A stretch of DNA of 64,000 bases, taken from the NCBI RefSeq assembly GCF_006345805.1, contig NC_043001.1, positions 97,898,001 to 97,962,000 on the forward strand. Reading direction: 5' to 3'. The notes under the pieces are model-generated. The model saw only the letters and a program-made list of their open reading frames with translations, did not search any database and was not told the DNA's origin. Both the position numbers and the translations under genes were made by a program. This document shows positions 38,149 through 52,057 of this stretch, piece by piece; position 1 is the stretch's first letter; every line of letters begins with the position of its first letter. Source of the stretch: Octopus sinensis. Lineage: Eukaryota.

Positions 38149-38724
38149 TATCTCTTAGTTTAGACAAGAAATTTCAATGTGGGGTATGTGTGAAATGACA
38201 GCTCTTGCCAGTTTAGACACAACGCATTTAGAATGCATTGGCCTAGTTTCGGCAGTGTAAATGCTAAAGGCAAAAAGAGACGGTCTGCTCAATGACAATA
38301 ACTGCATGTAGCTAAAACAATAACATTTTCAATTGAAGTGATGTATTCATCACCTGCCCCAGCGGAAAGAAAAAGCAACCGATACGTACATTGATTAATC
38401 TTCATCAGTTATCGAATTGGAATCAGTTCACAGTAAGCTTCGCAATATTTAGAAGTGCCAGCTGCGAGTAAAGGATAGAGCTTGTTTTGGCGATGATATA
38501 AAATATTTCACTTAATCGCAAATGCTTTGTCGACAGAGATAAGTAAGAAACGGAAAAACACTGACGAATGAAACTGACAGTCCAATGAATGGATCAGTCA
38601 AATAATAGATTAATTCAGGATTAAAAAGAAGAAGTAAAACTTAAACAGTGAATGTACTTTTATTGGTATAATGACCTTTAAAAACTACACACACATTCTC
38701 TCACAAACACAAACACACACAAAC

Positions 38725-38758
<34 letters not shown>

Positions 38759-38936
38759 GAATACACACGCAAGCACTTTCTCATGCATATATACACACAC
38801 ACTTAGACAAATGTACGCACATTCACACTTCTGTATATGCATAGAAACAAACAAACAGACAGAAAGAGACATTAAGAATTGAAGACAAAAGCTATAGAAA
38901 AAAGCTATAGAATGAATTTCGTACAAAAAAATGAAC

Positions 38937-39120
38937 AAGGCGGCGAGCTGGCAGAAACGTTAGCACGCCGGTCGAAATGCGTAGCCGTATTTCGTCTGCC
39001 GTTACGTTCTGGGTTCAAATTCCGCCGAGGTCGACTTTGCCTTTCATCCTTTTAGGGTCGATAAATTAAGTACCAGTTAAGCACTGGGGTCAATATAATC
39101 GACTTAATCCGTTTGTTTGT
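38937..39120 (+). mobile_element. SINE family A
   Basis: aaggcggcgagctggcagaaacgttagcacgccgg.. Confidence 0.9.
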
Positions 39121-39482
39121 CCGCAATGGCCCAATGGTTAGGGCAGCGGACTCGCAGTCGGAGGATCGCGGTTTCGAATTCCAGACCGGCCGTTGTGTGT
39201 GTTTATTGAGCGAAAACACCTAAAACTCAACGAGGCCCTGGCAGCGGGTGGTGATGACCTCTGTTGTACTCATTCGCTACAACTTTCTCTCACTCTTTCT
39301 TCCTGTTTCTTGTCCCCGACCTCTTACGCAACCGCTGAGCCTGGATGCGCATTCATCCATCCGTCGATGCTCTCGGTGTCGGGGGTTGACCTGCTTTCTC
39401 TTCTGCGGGTCTTACGAATAGCAAAGGACCACGTTTCGGACTTCTCCCAACTTGCGAGCTCTGGGAAGAAAACCTTTTACTG

Positions 39483-39510
<28 letters not shown>
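39121..39510 (+). mobile_element. tRNA-derived SINE family D with a (CAG/CAA)n tail
   Basis: gcaatggcccaatggttagggcagcggactcgcag..ggtttcgaattcc (A and B boxes); unique body; tail at 39484-39520. Confidence 0.75.
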
Positions 39511-39519
<9 letters not shown>

Positions 39520-39694
39520 ACAGGAGGAAATGATCATTGTCGTCACCATCGTCATCATCGTCCTCTTCATCGTCGTCGTTGTTGTGTTTGTTATTGGAAA
39601 TAGGAATAAGCGGCGACTGAAGTGCTCGACACTTTCCCCACAATACCTGTAATTTTCGTCGTTATCATAGTCTTCCTTGATTTTTGTCAAAAGC

Positions 39695-40385
39695 GTAGGA
39701 CTGGCTATATTGTAAGTAGCTTGCTTACCAGTCACATGGATCCAGGTTCAGCCCCAATGCGTGGCACTCTGTACAATTGTCTTGTACTATAGCCTCGGGC
39801 CGACCAAATCCTTGTGAGTGGATTTGGTAGACGGAAACTGAAAAAAGCCCGTCGTATATATGTATATATATATGTATATGTGTGTGTGTATGTGTGTGTG
39901 TGAGTGTGTTTCTTTGTCTGTGTTTGTCCCCCCAACATCGCTTGACAACCGATGCTGGTATGTTTACATAGGAGTGCGCAGGAGTGGATGTGTGGTATGC
40001 AGCTTGCTTACCAACCGCATGGTTCTGGGTTCAGTCCCACTGCGTGGCACCTTGGGCAAGTGTCTTCTACTATAGTCTCTGGCCGACCAGAGCCTTATGA
40101 GTGGATTTGATAGACAGAAACTAAAAAAAAGCCCGTCGTATATATGTATATGCATATGTATATGTGAGTATACGTTTGTGTGTCTGTGTTTGCCCCCCCC
40201 CCCCCAACATCGCTTGACAAGCGATGCTGGTGTGTTTACGTTCCAGTAGCTTAGCGGTGTGGTAAAAGAGACCGATAGAATAGGTACTAGGCTTACAAAG
40301 AATTAGTCCTGGGGACGATTTGCTTGACTAAAAGGCAGTGCTCCAGCATGGCCACAGTCAAATGACTGAAACAAGAGTAAAAGAG
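39695..40385 (+). mobile_element. Two head-to-tail SINE family B copies (the first lacks its 3' end)
   Basis: Heads at about 39695 and 39972; the 3' hairpin appears only at 40345-40372. Confidence 0.85.
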
Positions 40386-40589
40386 TAATTGTGTAAACAC
40401 CATTGCCGTCGTAAGTGTTGTCTTCCAATTTCGTTTTCCACAACGCCATCTTTGCCTCTTCATTGTCGGCAACTCTCGATAGCTGGTCACAACCACTCAC
40501 GCCTACTACGCAGTGTAATCTCCCGCGACCATCTTCATGATCATAGCTGTCAATATACCTACTTATCTCCCTTTACCAACATTTGCTTA

Positions 40590-40844
40590 CCATCATCATC
40601 AACATCATCACCATCGTCGTCACCGTCGTCGTCCTCATCGTCATGATCGTGGTCGTAATCATGATCATCCTCCACCTCCTCCTCATCATCATCATTATCA
40701 TCGTCATCAGCACTATCTTCATCATGGTCATCGTCGTCGTCGTCCTACTCCTCCTTCTCCTCCACTTTCTGCTCCTCCCCCTCCTCCCCTTCCTCATTCT
40801 CATCCTCCTCCTCCTTCTTCTCCTCTTTCTTCTTCTCCCCCCTC

Positions 40845-40884
<40 letters not shown>

Positions 40885-40910
40885 CCAACAGCAGCAGCAA
40901 CAGCAGCATA
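40590..40910. repeat. Degenerate (CAT)n/(CCT)n/(CAG)n microsatellite
   Basis: Directly visible. Confidence 0.9.
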
Positions 40911-41354
40911 GTAGCAACCACAGTAGTTTAGCACAATACTACAATCATAACCTTCCACACTACAACTACAACCAAAACTTTTAACCATCGCCGCCATCAA
41001 CGGAATACACAGCACCATCATCGTTTCAGTATACGTTCCTTGAGAGCCGATGAACACCTCTGGCGTATCGGCAAACTGCAGTCTTTCGTTTGATAAGTAT
41101 TACTAATTGCATTCAAGCTTGTTCTCCTGCAATCGTTTTGTCCAATGCAGAATCGTATTTCAATTAATAGATCCGTCTTATCCAACGAATGAAAAAAAAT
41201 GGGAAAATAGAAAAACAACACAGAGGGGAAAACAATACAGAGGGAAACAAAATATTTGATAAAATATAAATGTCAAAAGGAATAGACAAAAACAATTTTT
41301 TAACAGCCATAAAAACTACGGACAAAATAAGATAATGGTGGCATGGACCACGAC

Positions 41355-41376
41355 ACCAATAATAATAATAATGATA

Positions 41377-41438
<62 letters not shown>

Positions 41439-41599
41439 TAATAATAATAATAATAATAGTAATGATGATAATAATAATAATAGTAATTGTAATAATAATA
41501 ATAATAATAATGATAATAATAATGATAATGATAATAGTAATAATAATAATAATAATATAAGTAATAATAGTAGTAATAGTAATGATAATAATAATAAGA

Positions 41600-41634
<35 letters not shown>

Positions 41635-41699
41635 GTAATGATGATAATAATAATAGTATAATAATAATAGTAATTGTAATAATAATAATAATAATAATA

Positions 41700-41730
<31 letters not shown>

Positions 41731-41830
41731 TATTAGTAATAATAGTAGTAATAGTAATGATAATAATAATAAGAAGAATAGGAATAATGATAATAATAAT
41801 AATAATAATAATAATAATTAGAATATAAAT
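41355..41830. repeat. (AAT)n microsatellite
   Basis: Directly visible. Confidence 0.95.
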
Positions 41831-42289
41831 AAAATAAATGAAGCAAAAAACGTAAACAGGTAGAAAAAATAGAAGAAAAGAGGCATCGATTGTTGTTATG
41901 CTACATTCCGTATCCAGAATTTCTGATTGCAAGAATACGATTGATATGTCATTAAAATTTCCCATCATTCACTGCTATCATCAATGTGCGTCTCGGTTTG
42001 TTTTCCGGAGGAGAAAGCGGGAGAGAAGGAGAGAGTGTGTGATTGAGAGGGAAGGCGGGGAGAAAAAGGAAGGGGTGTATCGCTAAGAGATAAAACAGAG
42101 TTCGATGAACAGTAAAATGTCGTGTGTGTATGTGTGTATGTGTGGGGGTGTATGCATGTGTCTATATGCATGGGTTTGCGTGTGTGCATGTGCGTGTCTG
42201 TGTGTGTGTGTGTGTGTGTGATCAAATGACATCAATAATTTCTTATTGTTCCTGCTGTCAATGATTGTATTATCATTGTTGTTTTCTGT

Positions 42290-42302
42290 GTAGATAATAA
42301 CG

Positions 42303-42350
<48 letters not shown>

Positions 42351-42454
42351 TTAATAATAACAACAACAATAATAATAATAACAACAACAATAATAGTAAT
42401 AATAATAATAATAATAATAGTAACAGTAATAATAATAATAATAATAATAGTAAC

Positions 42455-42488
<34 letters not shown>

Positions 42489-42536
42489 GTAACAATAATA
42501 ACAGTAATAATAATAATAATAGTAACAATAATAACA

Positions 42537-42572
<36 letters not shown>

Positions 42573-42662
42573 GTAATAGTAATAATAACAATAATAATAA
42601 TCATAATAATAATAGTAACTACATCAACAACAACAACAACAATAATAATAACAATAATAATA

Positions 42663-42700
<38 letters not shown>

Positions 42701-42954
42701 ATCAAAAACAACAACAATGATAACAACAATTGATAATACAAAATCGTCTTCACAATGACTATCATCAACTGATCGCCATTATCACTAGCATCATCCTTCG
42801 TCGTCCTTCTCGTTGTAGCCGTCTTCATAATCTTCGTCGCCGTCGTTGTCGTAGTCGCCGCCGTCGTCTCCGCCATCGAGCACGTTGTCTTTATCATAAC
42901 CGATAAAGTAGTTGCCGTCATCATCACGACCGTCCCACACATGTTAGGTGTCTG

Positions 42955-42990
<36 letters not shown>
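42290..42990. repeat. (AAT)n/(AAC)n/(GAT)n/(CAT)n compound microsatellite
   Basis: Directly visible. Confidence 0.9.
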
Positions 42991-42991
<1 letters not shown>

Positions 42992-43095
42992 GATTTGTTC
43001 ACAGCGTTTCGGTTTTATTCTTCCAGGAATTATATTTTGATTTAGTTAATGTTGTTTCATAATATTATTTCTTTTTTTTTCTCTCTCTCTTTTTT

Positions 43096-43131
<36 letters not shown>

Positions 43132-43519
43132 TCCAAACAAGTTGTTATTGCTATTAATTATGACGGTAATTCATCTTCTCATAATTATAAGCATTAAACT
43201 TAGTGATTTATAAAGATAACTACGCTTGGCAACAAGAACAAAAACAACAACACCAACACGAAAATTAACGGTAATTATGACGGTACATAATGGCACAAGT
43301 CCACAACAAACAGAGACGAGTTACAGATAATAGCACACGACTAATTCTTTTTGGTATCACATCTTTCCATATTTTCGATCGATAACCCGTGTACCAGTTA
43401 TATAATAAAGTCGATAATATATCTTCCCAGAGAGTCAATAAGTTCGTATCTATGTCAAATATTAATATTATCTACCATTTTCGAGCCTGTGGATTCTAGA
43501 AGGCATTTCTCTCTTTCTC

Positions 43520-43910
43520 TTTTACATGTTTCAGTCATTTTGACTGCGGCCATGCTGGAGCACCGCCTTTAATCGAGCAAATCGACCCCAAGACTTATTC
43601 TTTGGAAGCCTAGTACCTATTCTATCGGTCTTCTTTGCCAAACCGCTAACTTACGGAGATGTAAACATACCAGCATCGGTTGTCAAGCGATGGTGGGGGA
43701 CACACACAGACATATACACACACATACATATACATGTATGCATATATACTACGGGTTTCTTTCTGTTTCTATCTACCAAATCGACTCACAAAGCTTTGGT
43801 CGGCCCGAGGTTATAGTAGAAAACACTTGCCCAAGGTGTCACGCAGTGGGACTGAACCCGGAACCATGTGGTTGGTAAGCAAGCTACTTACCATATAGCC
43901 ACTCCTACGC
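43520..43910 (-). mobile_element. SINE family B
   Basis: tttcagtcattttgactgcggccatgctggagcaccgcc..ccacatagcc-type head end. Confidence 0.9.
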
Positions 43911-45087
43911 TATATGTAATATTATTTTGAAGGAAGGCTGGAAGCATCGTTAGCGCTGTGGAAAAAAAGCTTTGTAGTATTTCTTCAGATATCTTAAAGC
44001 TCCAACTGTAGATACCTTAGGGGTGAACTTTGCTTTTCATGTTCGGTAAAATACGTAACAGTGGAGAACTGGGGCCTATGTTATCAACCTACACCCTTGT
44101 CCGAAACTGCCGACCTTGAGCCAAAATTTGAAACCCGTGTTATTTCAGCGTCGAACAATCATATTGCAGAAAACTTTCTTGCAAAATCTGTTTCAGGGCT
44201 TTATATAATGATTTCAGTTCTTACTCATATTGACTTGTCATTTCTTTTCATTCATCCGTGGTAGATAAAATAAACGTTTGGTTAAATCCTGTTGTTGATG
44301 GTATCGACCGATCCCTCTCCTGAAATCGATGGACATGTTCGTATGTTAGGGACAGTATTTTTTATTTTTCTGATTCCTCTTTTTTTAATAATATACTCTG
44401 GATCGAAATGATGAGCATGAGTTACATATGAATAAATGACACTTAATAAAAGTCAATCAACTGTGTGAGCTTATTGTATTGTGCAATCTTCTTGATGGTA
44501 TAGATATTGTTGTTTGTCAGGTCACGGCTGACGAAATTTTCATTCACTCCCTCACCATATCTAGAGGTTTGGTATTATTATAGTTTTCATGTCATCCACT
44601 CTGTTGGATGCAAACTTGCCATCGAGTAGCCCCATCCTTCAAAATTTCCCTATAAGTTTAGTTTATATCGTGCAAACGATTTGAATTAGTGGATAGCATG
44701 CAGTTGGTTTCGGTCCCATTTTCAGTGGCTGGATAGCAGCATTGCACACTGGCTCTTGCTTAGCGCGGAAACTAAATGGCCACCTAACGGAAATATTTCA
44801 TGTTGCGCGTTCTAGCAGTCGCAGGTGTTCTCTCGCATTTTTTCTATAGATTCTACAGCTCAAGCCTTCGCTGAGGAAGCTAGATCTAATACGGAGCATC
44901 CCATTCTAACCGGGATGCGGGACAGCTATAATTTTCACATCACGAAAATCTAAGGAGTCGATTCCATTTTAAAGAAGTACGAGGCAATGGAAAAAGCAAA
45001 AATAAATTCGAATAAGTGGATAGGCTGAGATTTGGCATGTGAAGAGGTAAATATATGGCATCAAATAACATACTAAGTCAATGCAGA

Positions 45088-46090
45088 AACGAACCTGTAA
45101 AGTTACTCTGAGTGTGGTTTGACCCAGACATCCAAGTGGACAAGAGATGAGACGAGCATAAAAGCAAGATGGCCAGTATCTCACAGAAGTGGGCTGAGAG
45201 GAAGTTATTTCTGAAAAGTAGGTCGAGCAGAGGTGCCGAATACTTACATCCCCACCCCATCCGTATTAACTTACTGTCTGACCATTGTGCCATGTCTCAG
45301 TCAACATTTGACAAGACTGGAGCGCTTACATTTCCGCTTCCGACAGAAAGGACGTGTTTCACTAGCTAGGGGGACTATCAGTTGCCAGTACCCTCTGTAA
45401 GGACTGTCTGGACTTCTATGGTTGTTGATGCACAGTTACCCGTTGTGGATACGCCGCTAATACAATTTCTTGCACGGTGAACCAGTGTGAGCTCTGTAAC
45501 TCATTCTTGTGACAGAGCTGCCGTTCTGAGTCAAGAAAACACCAGGGTTGGGCACCCGAGATATGGAATGGTGTCAGACGTTCACCACCCTCTACTAGTC
45601 GGGCAATGCGGTTGGCAGAGGTTCTAAGTTAGCTATATAGACAAATTAATAAGTGCGATGACATTCTCGAGCAAACTCCAGCCGTCGTCAATCAGGAATT
45701 AACTGGTCTGTTTCTGAGCATTTTCGGGATCGGATCTACCATGGATAACTTCCAGAAATCCTTCGGCTATAGTGCTCCGAGGGACTCTGCCGATCCGACA
45801 TAACCTCTAGAAGGACGGAAACGCTGCTAGACAGAACTGTCCGAGATGCACACAGAACAATGAAATCGTACAGTAAGCATTCGAGCAGTGTCGGATATAT
45901 CGAACAGATGTTGTCCTCTTTAGAACAATGTGACATTCGGCGAAATCCATCAGAAGAATCGCCTAAATACCCACCTTTAACAATACAGTGCAGGCGGTGT
46001 TCTCTTCTGTAGTGTCTATGTCGAAAGAGACTGCGCAGTTGTTGAAGCTGAAAGGAGTGAGGAACGACAGGTTCCTTTTCGCTCGGGACC
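45088..46090 (+). mobile_element. Degenerate L1/Tx1-clade LINE ORF2 C-terminal fragment
   Basis: EPVKLL*VWFDPD, QKWAERKLFLKSR, LRGTLPIRHNL, and a CX2CX8(H)X4C knuckle CPRCTQNNEIVQ*AFEQC at about 45838-45890. Confidence 0.7.
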
Positions 46091-46610
46091 TCATCAATTT
46101 TTCAAGTTCCACTTGCAAAAGAAAGTGAGGGTGGAGAGGGAAGTACTATCTCCTAGTTATTTTGTTAAAAGGGCGGCGAACTGGCAGAATCCTTCCCAGG
46201 TTCGACAAAATAGCTAACGACATTTCTTCCAGCTTTTTACATTCTTACTTTTACATTGACTTTCATACTTTTAAGTCTGAAAAGGAATTAGTATCAAAGT
46301 ACTTGGAGTGGAGGAACTTGCTTGCTCCGCCCTGAAAGTTGCCACTTTGTACTTAAATTAGAAACTATCGTCTCCAAAATGATAAATAGTGACAGAAACA
46401 ATATTAACACCAAACGACAATCTTCATACCAAACTTAGCATGGATGTTGTGTCAAAACACAGAACACTGTTATCTACCTTGAGAGGAACTCTCACAATGA
46501 ATTGTGTTGCATATTTATATCTTTGATAGAATCGTCATCTACGACCGTTGGGACTGCTAGATCACTTAATATCGCCGTGCTGCGCTCCTTAGTGTCATAC
46601 ATCCGCCAGC

Positions 46611-46700
46611 GATATAACAGCCGAATCTCACCGCCAACGATATAACAGCCGAATCTCACCGCCAACGATATAACAGCCGAATCTCACCGCCAACGATATA
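46611..46700. repeat. 28-bp tandem repeat x3
   Basis: gatataacagccgaatctcaccgccaac. Confidence 0.95.
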
Positions 46701-46929
46701 TTGAATTTCAGACACTGATGTCGCAAATAGTCAACTGGTTTATTAAATAATAAAAAAAAAACAATTGATAGCAGCAGCAGCAGTATTGGTACCAAAAGGC
46801 AATTTTTATATCTAACTTAACGTGGTATTATATCGTTGACGATGGTATGAACACAAGTGTTTTTATGCACCACGTATCCAAGTAAAATATCCTCTCAAAG
46901 TAGAAAGCATAATAGTATATGTTCTAACA

Positions 46930-47135
46930 CAATACAACATACAAGATACAAGTTAAATTGGATATAAAACACAGCATACAAGATAAATTAAATACAAACA
47001 CAACGTATAAATTAAATTGGATATAAACACAACATACAAATTAAATTGTATATACACAGCATACACGTTCAATTGTATATAAACAGAACATATAAAGTAA
47101 ACTAGATGTAAACATAACATACAAATCAAATTGAA
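46930..47135. repeat. Degenerate ~28-bp minisatellite
   Basis: Recurring ttaaattggatataaacacaacataca-like units. Confidence 0.65.
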
Positions 47136-47416
47136 TATATAGATTGCCTTATACCTATTATCTTTATTATTATAGTTATTATCGTTATTTTTTGTAGTAT
47201 TATTAATATTAACACAATTATCTGAATCATTTTTGTTGTCGTTACTCCTTTTGCACTTTATCTCTTTCACCTTAGGGCCAGGGCCAGTCTCTGGGCCTGA
47301 ATCATTATAGGTATAACGATAATTTAATTTATAGAATTCTCTGTAGCATATGAATCTCAGGTCTGCGGAGATACTGATACTGTCCTTCATGCGTTTGGTG
47401 AACTTTACCATTTCTT

Positions 47417-47820
47417 AATGCAACGAGCTGGCAGGAACGTTGGTACGCCGGGCAAAATGCTTAACGTATGTCGTCTGTCTCTACGTTCTGAGTTCAAATT
47501 CCACCCAGGTCGACTTTGCCTTTCATCCTTTCGGGGTCGATTAAATAAGTACCAGTTACGTACTGTAGTCGATATAATCGACTTAATCCGTTTGTCTGTC
47601 CTTGTTTGTCCTCTCAGTGTATAGCCCCTTGTGGGTAGTAAAGAAATAGAAATAGGTGTGTCGTCTGTCTCTATGTTCTGAGTTCAAATTCCACCGAGGT
47701 CGACTTTGCCTTTCATCCTTTCGGCGTCGATAAATTAAGTACCAGTTGCGTACTGAAGTCGATCTAATCGACTGGGCACCTCCCCTAATATGTCGGGTCT
47801 TATGCCTAGAGTAGAAAAAT
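47417..47820 (+). mobile_element. SINE family A, tandem dimer
   Basis: Two units joined at aagaaatag..gtcgtctg. Confidence 0.9.
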
Positions 47821-48442
47821 GAATAGAAAAGATCTTTACCATTCCTGGTGCTTTAGTGACCACAGGTAATATTTCGCTTTTCATATTCAGCATCCTGTAG
47901 ATCTCGATCCTCATGACTTTGTATTAGTTCAACTTCTTTAGGCCTTCATGGGGTTGTTTCTTTCGAAAGGTAATGCAATATAGATAACTATAAATCACGT
48001 GCTCTATTATTTCCCGACAACAATATCAGTTTCCATTATGGTTCTTTGTTAGAGTAGACCAACATATTCCAGAGAGTAATGATATAACTGTCATCGGTAA
48101 CCATGTATGACTAATGGTCATACAAATTCTAACTTTTCTTGAATACACAACGCTTGCATATTCCCCTGTGTAAATACATCTTTATCATGTAATTCTAGCG
48201 GGTGTATACGGTTTTTGATTGCTCAAATTAGCCAGAGAAAATCTAGTGGTCGTTTACTTGATATATTTTTACATAAACACCGCATGCATGCATCATCATC
48301 ATCATCATCATCATGGCTAAACTGGCAACATGACCGTTCCGAAATACAACAATATCTGCTTCAACACACGTTTTCACATCAAGAATCTTGCAAAACGAAT
48401 ATATAAACGTAATAAAATATTTATTTATACTTAAAAATATGT

Positions 48443-48800
48443 GTGGGGTGGTGGCCCAAAAAGTTTCAGACCCTCTGTGTTAATGTATTGCATTTACTTA
48501 GCAACAATTCGTTCATTATGCATTCTACCATCTTTTCAACATCTTTACATAGTATATTTTGCATTATAATTTTTGGCCCTTCTGGCGAATAAAGAAATTA
48601 CTGTATTCCAGCATTCTTATTGAAAGAAATTCGAAGATGCAATATGGCTTACGAGAGGAAGAGACACGATTCTTTCGGGTTTGCAAAATTCGAGTTGAAA
48701 GGAAATCGATAAGCCCTGAAAAGAAAAAAAACCCACTGTGCGTAACGTTAGAAGTGATAACAGAAAGCAAGCAGCGTTTCTGTAGAGCAGAGGATGGTGA
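48443..48800 (-). mobile_element. Degenerate mariner-like 3' end
   Basis: TIR-like ggtggcccaaaaagtttcagac; minus-strand remnants resembling DFFLFxxLK and KRWxKCI. Confidence 0.35.
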
Positions 48801-49034
48801 TTGTCAGTGAGTTAATTTCATGCGAATCAGATGGATGTCAGTTTGTTGGATATCTCCTAAGATGTCAGAGAAGCAACAGTATCTGCTATTCGTTTGAGCA
48901 CTACAACATTCTAGGTCTCAGGTGAGCTATGTTGATGTACATGAAAGGGAATGGAATATTTTCTCGCTCAGAAGCGTAAAAGTAGTCTTTTAGTGGCTGC
49001 TGTTCTTATGTTTCATAGTCATATTTCGAGGGAG

Positions 49035-49460
49035 CATCTGGAGATATAGTAATTGTTTGTTTCTTTACTGCCCACAGGGCTTTAAACATAGAGGGGACAA
49101 ACAAGGACAGACAAAGGGATTAAGTCGATTATATCGACCCAGTGTGTAACTGGTACTTATTTAATCGACCCCGAAAGTGTCAAAAGAAAAGTCGACCTCG
49201 GCGGAATTTGAACTCAGAACGTAACGGCAGACGAAATACCTATTTCTTTACTACCCACAAAGGGCTAAACACAGAAAGGACAAACAAGGACAGACAAACG
49301 GATTAAGTCGATTATATCGACCCCAGTGCGTAACTGGTACTTATTTAATCGACCCCGAAAGGATGAAAGGCGGAATTTGAACTCAGAACGTAGCTGAAGA
49401 CGAAATACTGCTAAGCATTTCGCCCGGCGTGCTAACAATTCTGCCAGCTTGCCGCCCTCT
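49035..49460 (-). mobile_element. SINE family A, tandem dimer
   Basis: Reverse complement of the family A units, with junction cagacgaaatacctatttcttt. Confidence 0.9.
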
Positions 49461-50081
49461 GGAGATATAGTAATGGGACTAGTTACGCAGTGGTCATGTT
49501 TAGCTTGTGACATTTACAATAACGCCTTTGTATCGTTGTTCAGTTAATAAAACAACATTACCCTAGTGAAAAGATTTTTCTAAGGTCTCATTTCGTACAT
49601 ATGTTAAATGGAAATAATAAAAGATAGTAGTATCGGCATAGAAATGTGGGCCGTTAAGAGTCATAGCATGGAAAATAGATTACTGTGTGGTGGTGTACGG
49701 AGACAAATCCTAGATTACATGTAAATTAAAAGCGTGTAGATTAAAGAGAATTTAGTCAGGTCATTTGGTGTCGGAAACGTTTAACAGGAATCCACAGGGG
49801 ATAGAAATAAGAGATGAATGAAGTCCAACGCAAACGGTTTACCATGAAATTCGTGGTTAGACATGATCGAATGATTCGTTGGTGTTCAGTACAAGAGAGT
49901 CATAATACACAAATTTTCAAAGGCGGTTTGGCACATTTCAGGGGCATGCGACATTATATATATATATATATATGTATTAGTATATGTAAGTGTATATATA
50001 TAAATATATATTTATATGTGTGTGTGTGTGTGTGTGTATGTATAAGTGTACACATATAAACACATACACATACACACATGC

Positions 50082-50117
<36 letters not shown>

Positions 50118-50164
50118 CTATGTATGTATACATATATTTATGTATATATATATATATATTTATG

Positions 50165-50196
<32 letters not shown>

Positions 50197-50294
50197 ATAT
50201 AAATATATATATATATGTATACATACATGTATTATATATATGTGTTTGTGTGTATATCTGTGTGTAGGACCATGTATACGTATGTGTATATAAG

Positions 50295-50364
<70 letters not shown>

Positions 50365-51321
50365 ACGTGTGTACCTACATATGGAAAGAAGAAGGCAGAG
50401 ATAAAGATAGATAGATAGATGAATACATGTATGTATGCATGCATGCATCCATGCGCGTGCATATAGACTTGGACGTGTTAATACAATGTGAATCATTCAA
50501 TGCTAACTGATAAGACATTTGAAAGTTGGGATGTTGTTAAGTAGAATCAGACAAAAAAAAATCTTTCCAAATCTGTTAGGGCAGTATCTAATTTTTGCGG
50601 AAATACTTTGTTTGTTATTTTATTTCTTCTAACATATGTGCTATGTATCTAACCAAACACCTAAGCAATTAACATATTTAAATTCCTAAACCTATCTTGC
50701 TCTTTGCTAAAATATGCATAAACAAAACTGAAAATAACCATATTTTAAAAACTGGATTTTGTCTATTATACGCTGAACGATAAATATTCGGAAAAAAGAG
50801 AGACTTCCGAAGAAAATAGATGCTTCGGTGCACTAACTGTTAGAGTAGCTTTTGAAATATCACTGAATGTCAGATAATTTAATTTTTTCCTTCTATGAAT
50901 TTACGGTACTTTAACATTCGTTGATTCGGAGGTAGTTACCATAATGTACAGATTAACACCCACTTTTGAAGCAGTTTTGATCTGGGGTTATCGGCATTTC
51001 ACTTCACTTCCGGTATTCAGCAAAGAATATATGGCATAGCATTTCACATCATCTCATCAAAAAATCAACTGCAATTGGTCATAAGAGGAAGTGGAGGAAG
51101 AGCAGAAGGAAGAAAAGGTGGAAGATATCGAGAAGGAAGATTTTTTTCTTCATAATAGTTTCGAAATAATAGTTGTAGCATTAATATTAGCAACGCACAA
51201 TATAATTGTTAAAGTGTAACATCATTGTACAGACTTCTATTTTAAGAGATATTCATTGCCTCTGAAATAATCGATAGGCCAACAAACTTCTCACAGTGAA
51301 AAAAGAAAAAGAACGAGTGGA

Positions 51322-51390
<69 letters not shown>

Positions 51391-52057
51391 AGGAGTCAAT
51401 TTAGACGGGTACTTTATCTAATTCATATTCAATGTTAAAGAAGCCGACACTGTAAAAAATGTTAGTTTAATATTAGGCAAAGCAATTAAAACAATTGTTT
51501 AAAAACCATTATCTATTAGTATATGAGAGCAAAATATAATGTAAAGGAAAGAACGGCAAATAATAATACAAAACACGCAAAGAAAACCATCACGTACCAC
51601 TACAAATAGAAAGAAATGATTAAAAAATATAAATATAAGAGAACTTTTAAAAGCGACTTCAAATAAAACGAAGAATATAAACAAAACTTGCCGGAGCTTC
51701 TTCAATTGGAATAAAAATAACTTCACTGCTCGACTGGTTATTATTAAATTATCACCTTTTATGTCTTCACTCCAGACGATGGGAGATGTTCGTCTATTGA
51801 CTTTGATTTTTTTTTCTCTTCTTTCTAATGAAATATTTTACCTCTTATGTTTTTCGTAGGAATTTTCTCCCTGACTGTTGCGAGATGAGAGTGTATTGAC
51901 GAAAGTGCAGTGAAACGTTTGGTGTTAACTGAAATTTTCTTTTATTTTACTATGAACTATGGTGATATGAGATTAGGTTTACATTGTCTGCGCTTAGTGA
52001 AGACTTTATCGCACCTTTATAGTTTTAACTTAAAATTTGTATGAATTTATATATATT

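Noticed and set aside
39121-39190. tRNA genes at SINE heads (also 13969, 30092, 33106, 55220)
   Set aside because: A and B boxes are present, but there is no convincing complete cloverleaf, and each continues into a SINE body.
47270-47970. Possible chain of small plus-strand exons (YESQVCGDTDTVLHAF / KIFTIPGALVTT / LHGVVSFE)
   Set aside because: Some splice sites are weak, the phases only partly fit, and there is no homology; chance is likely.
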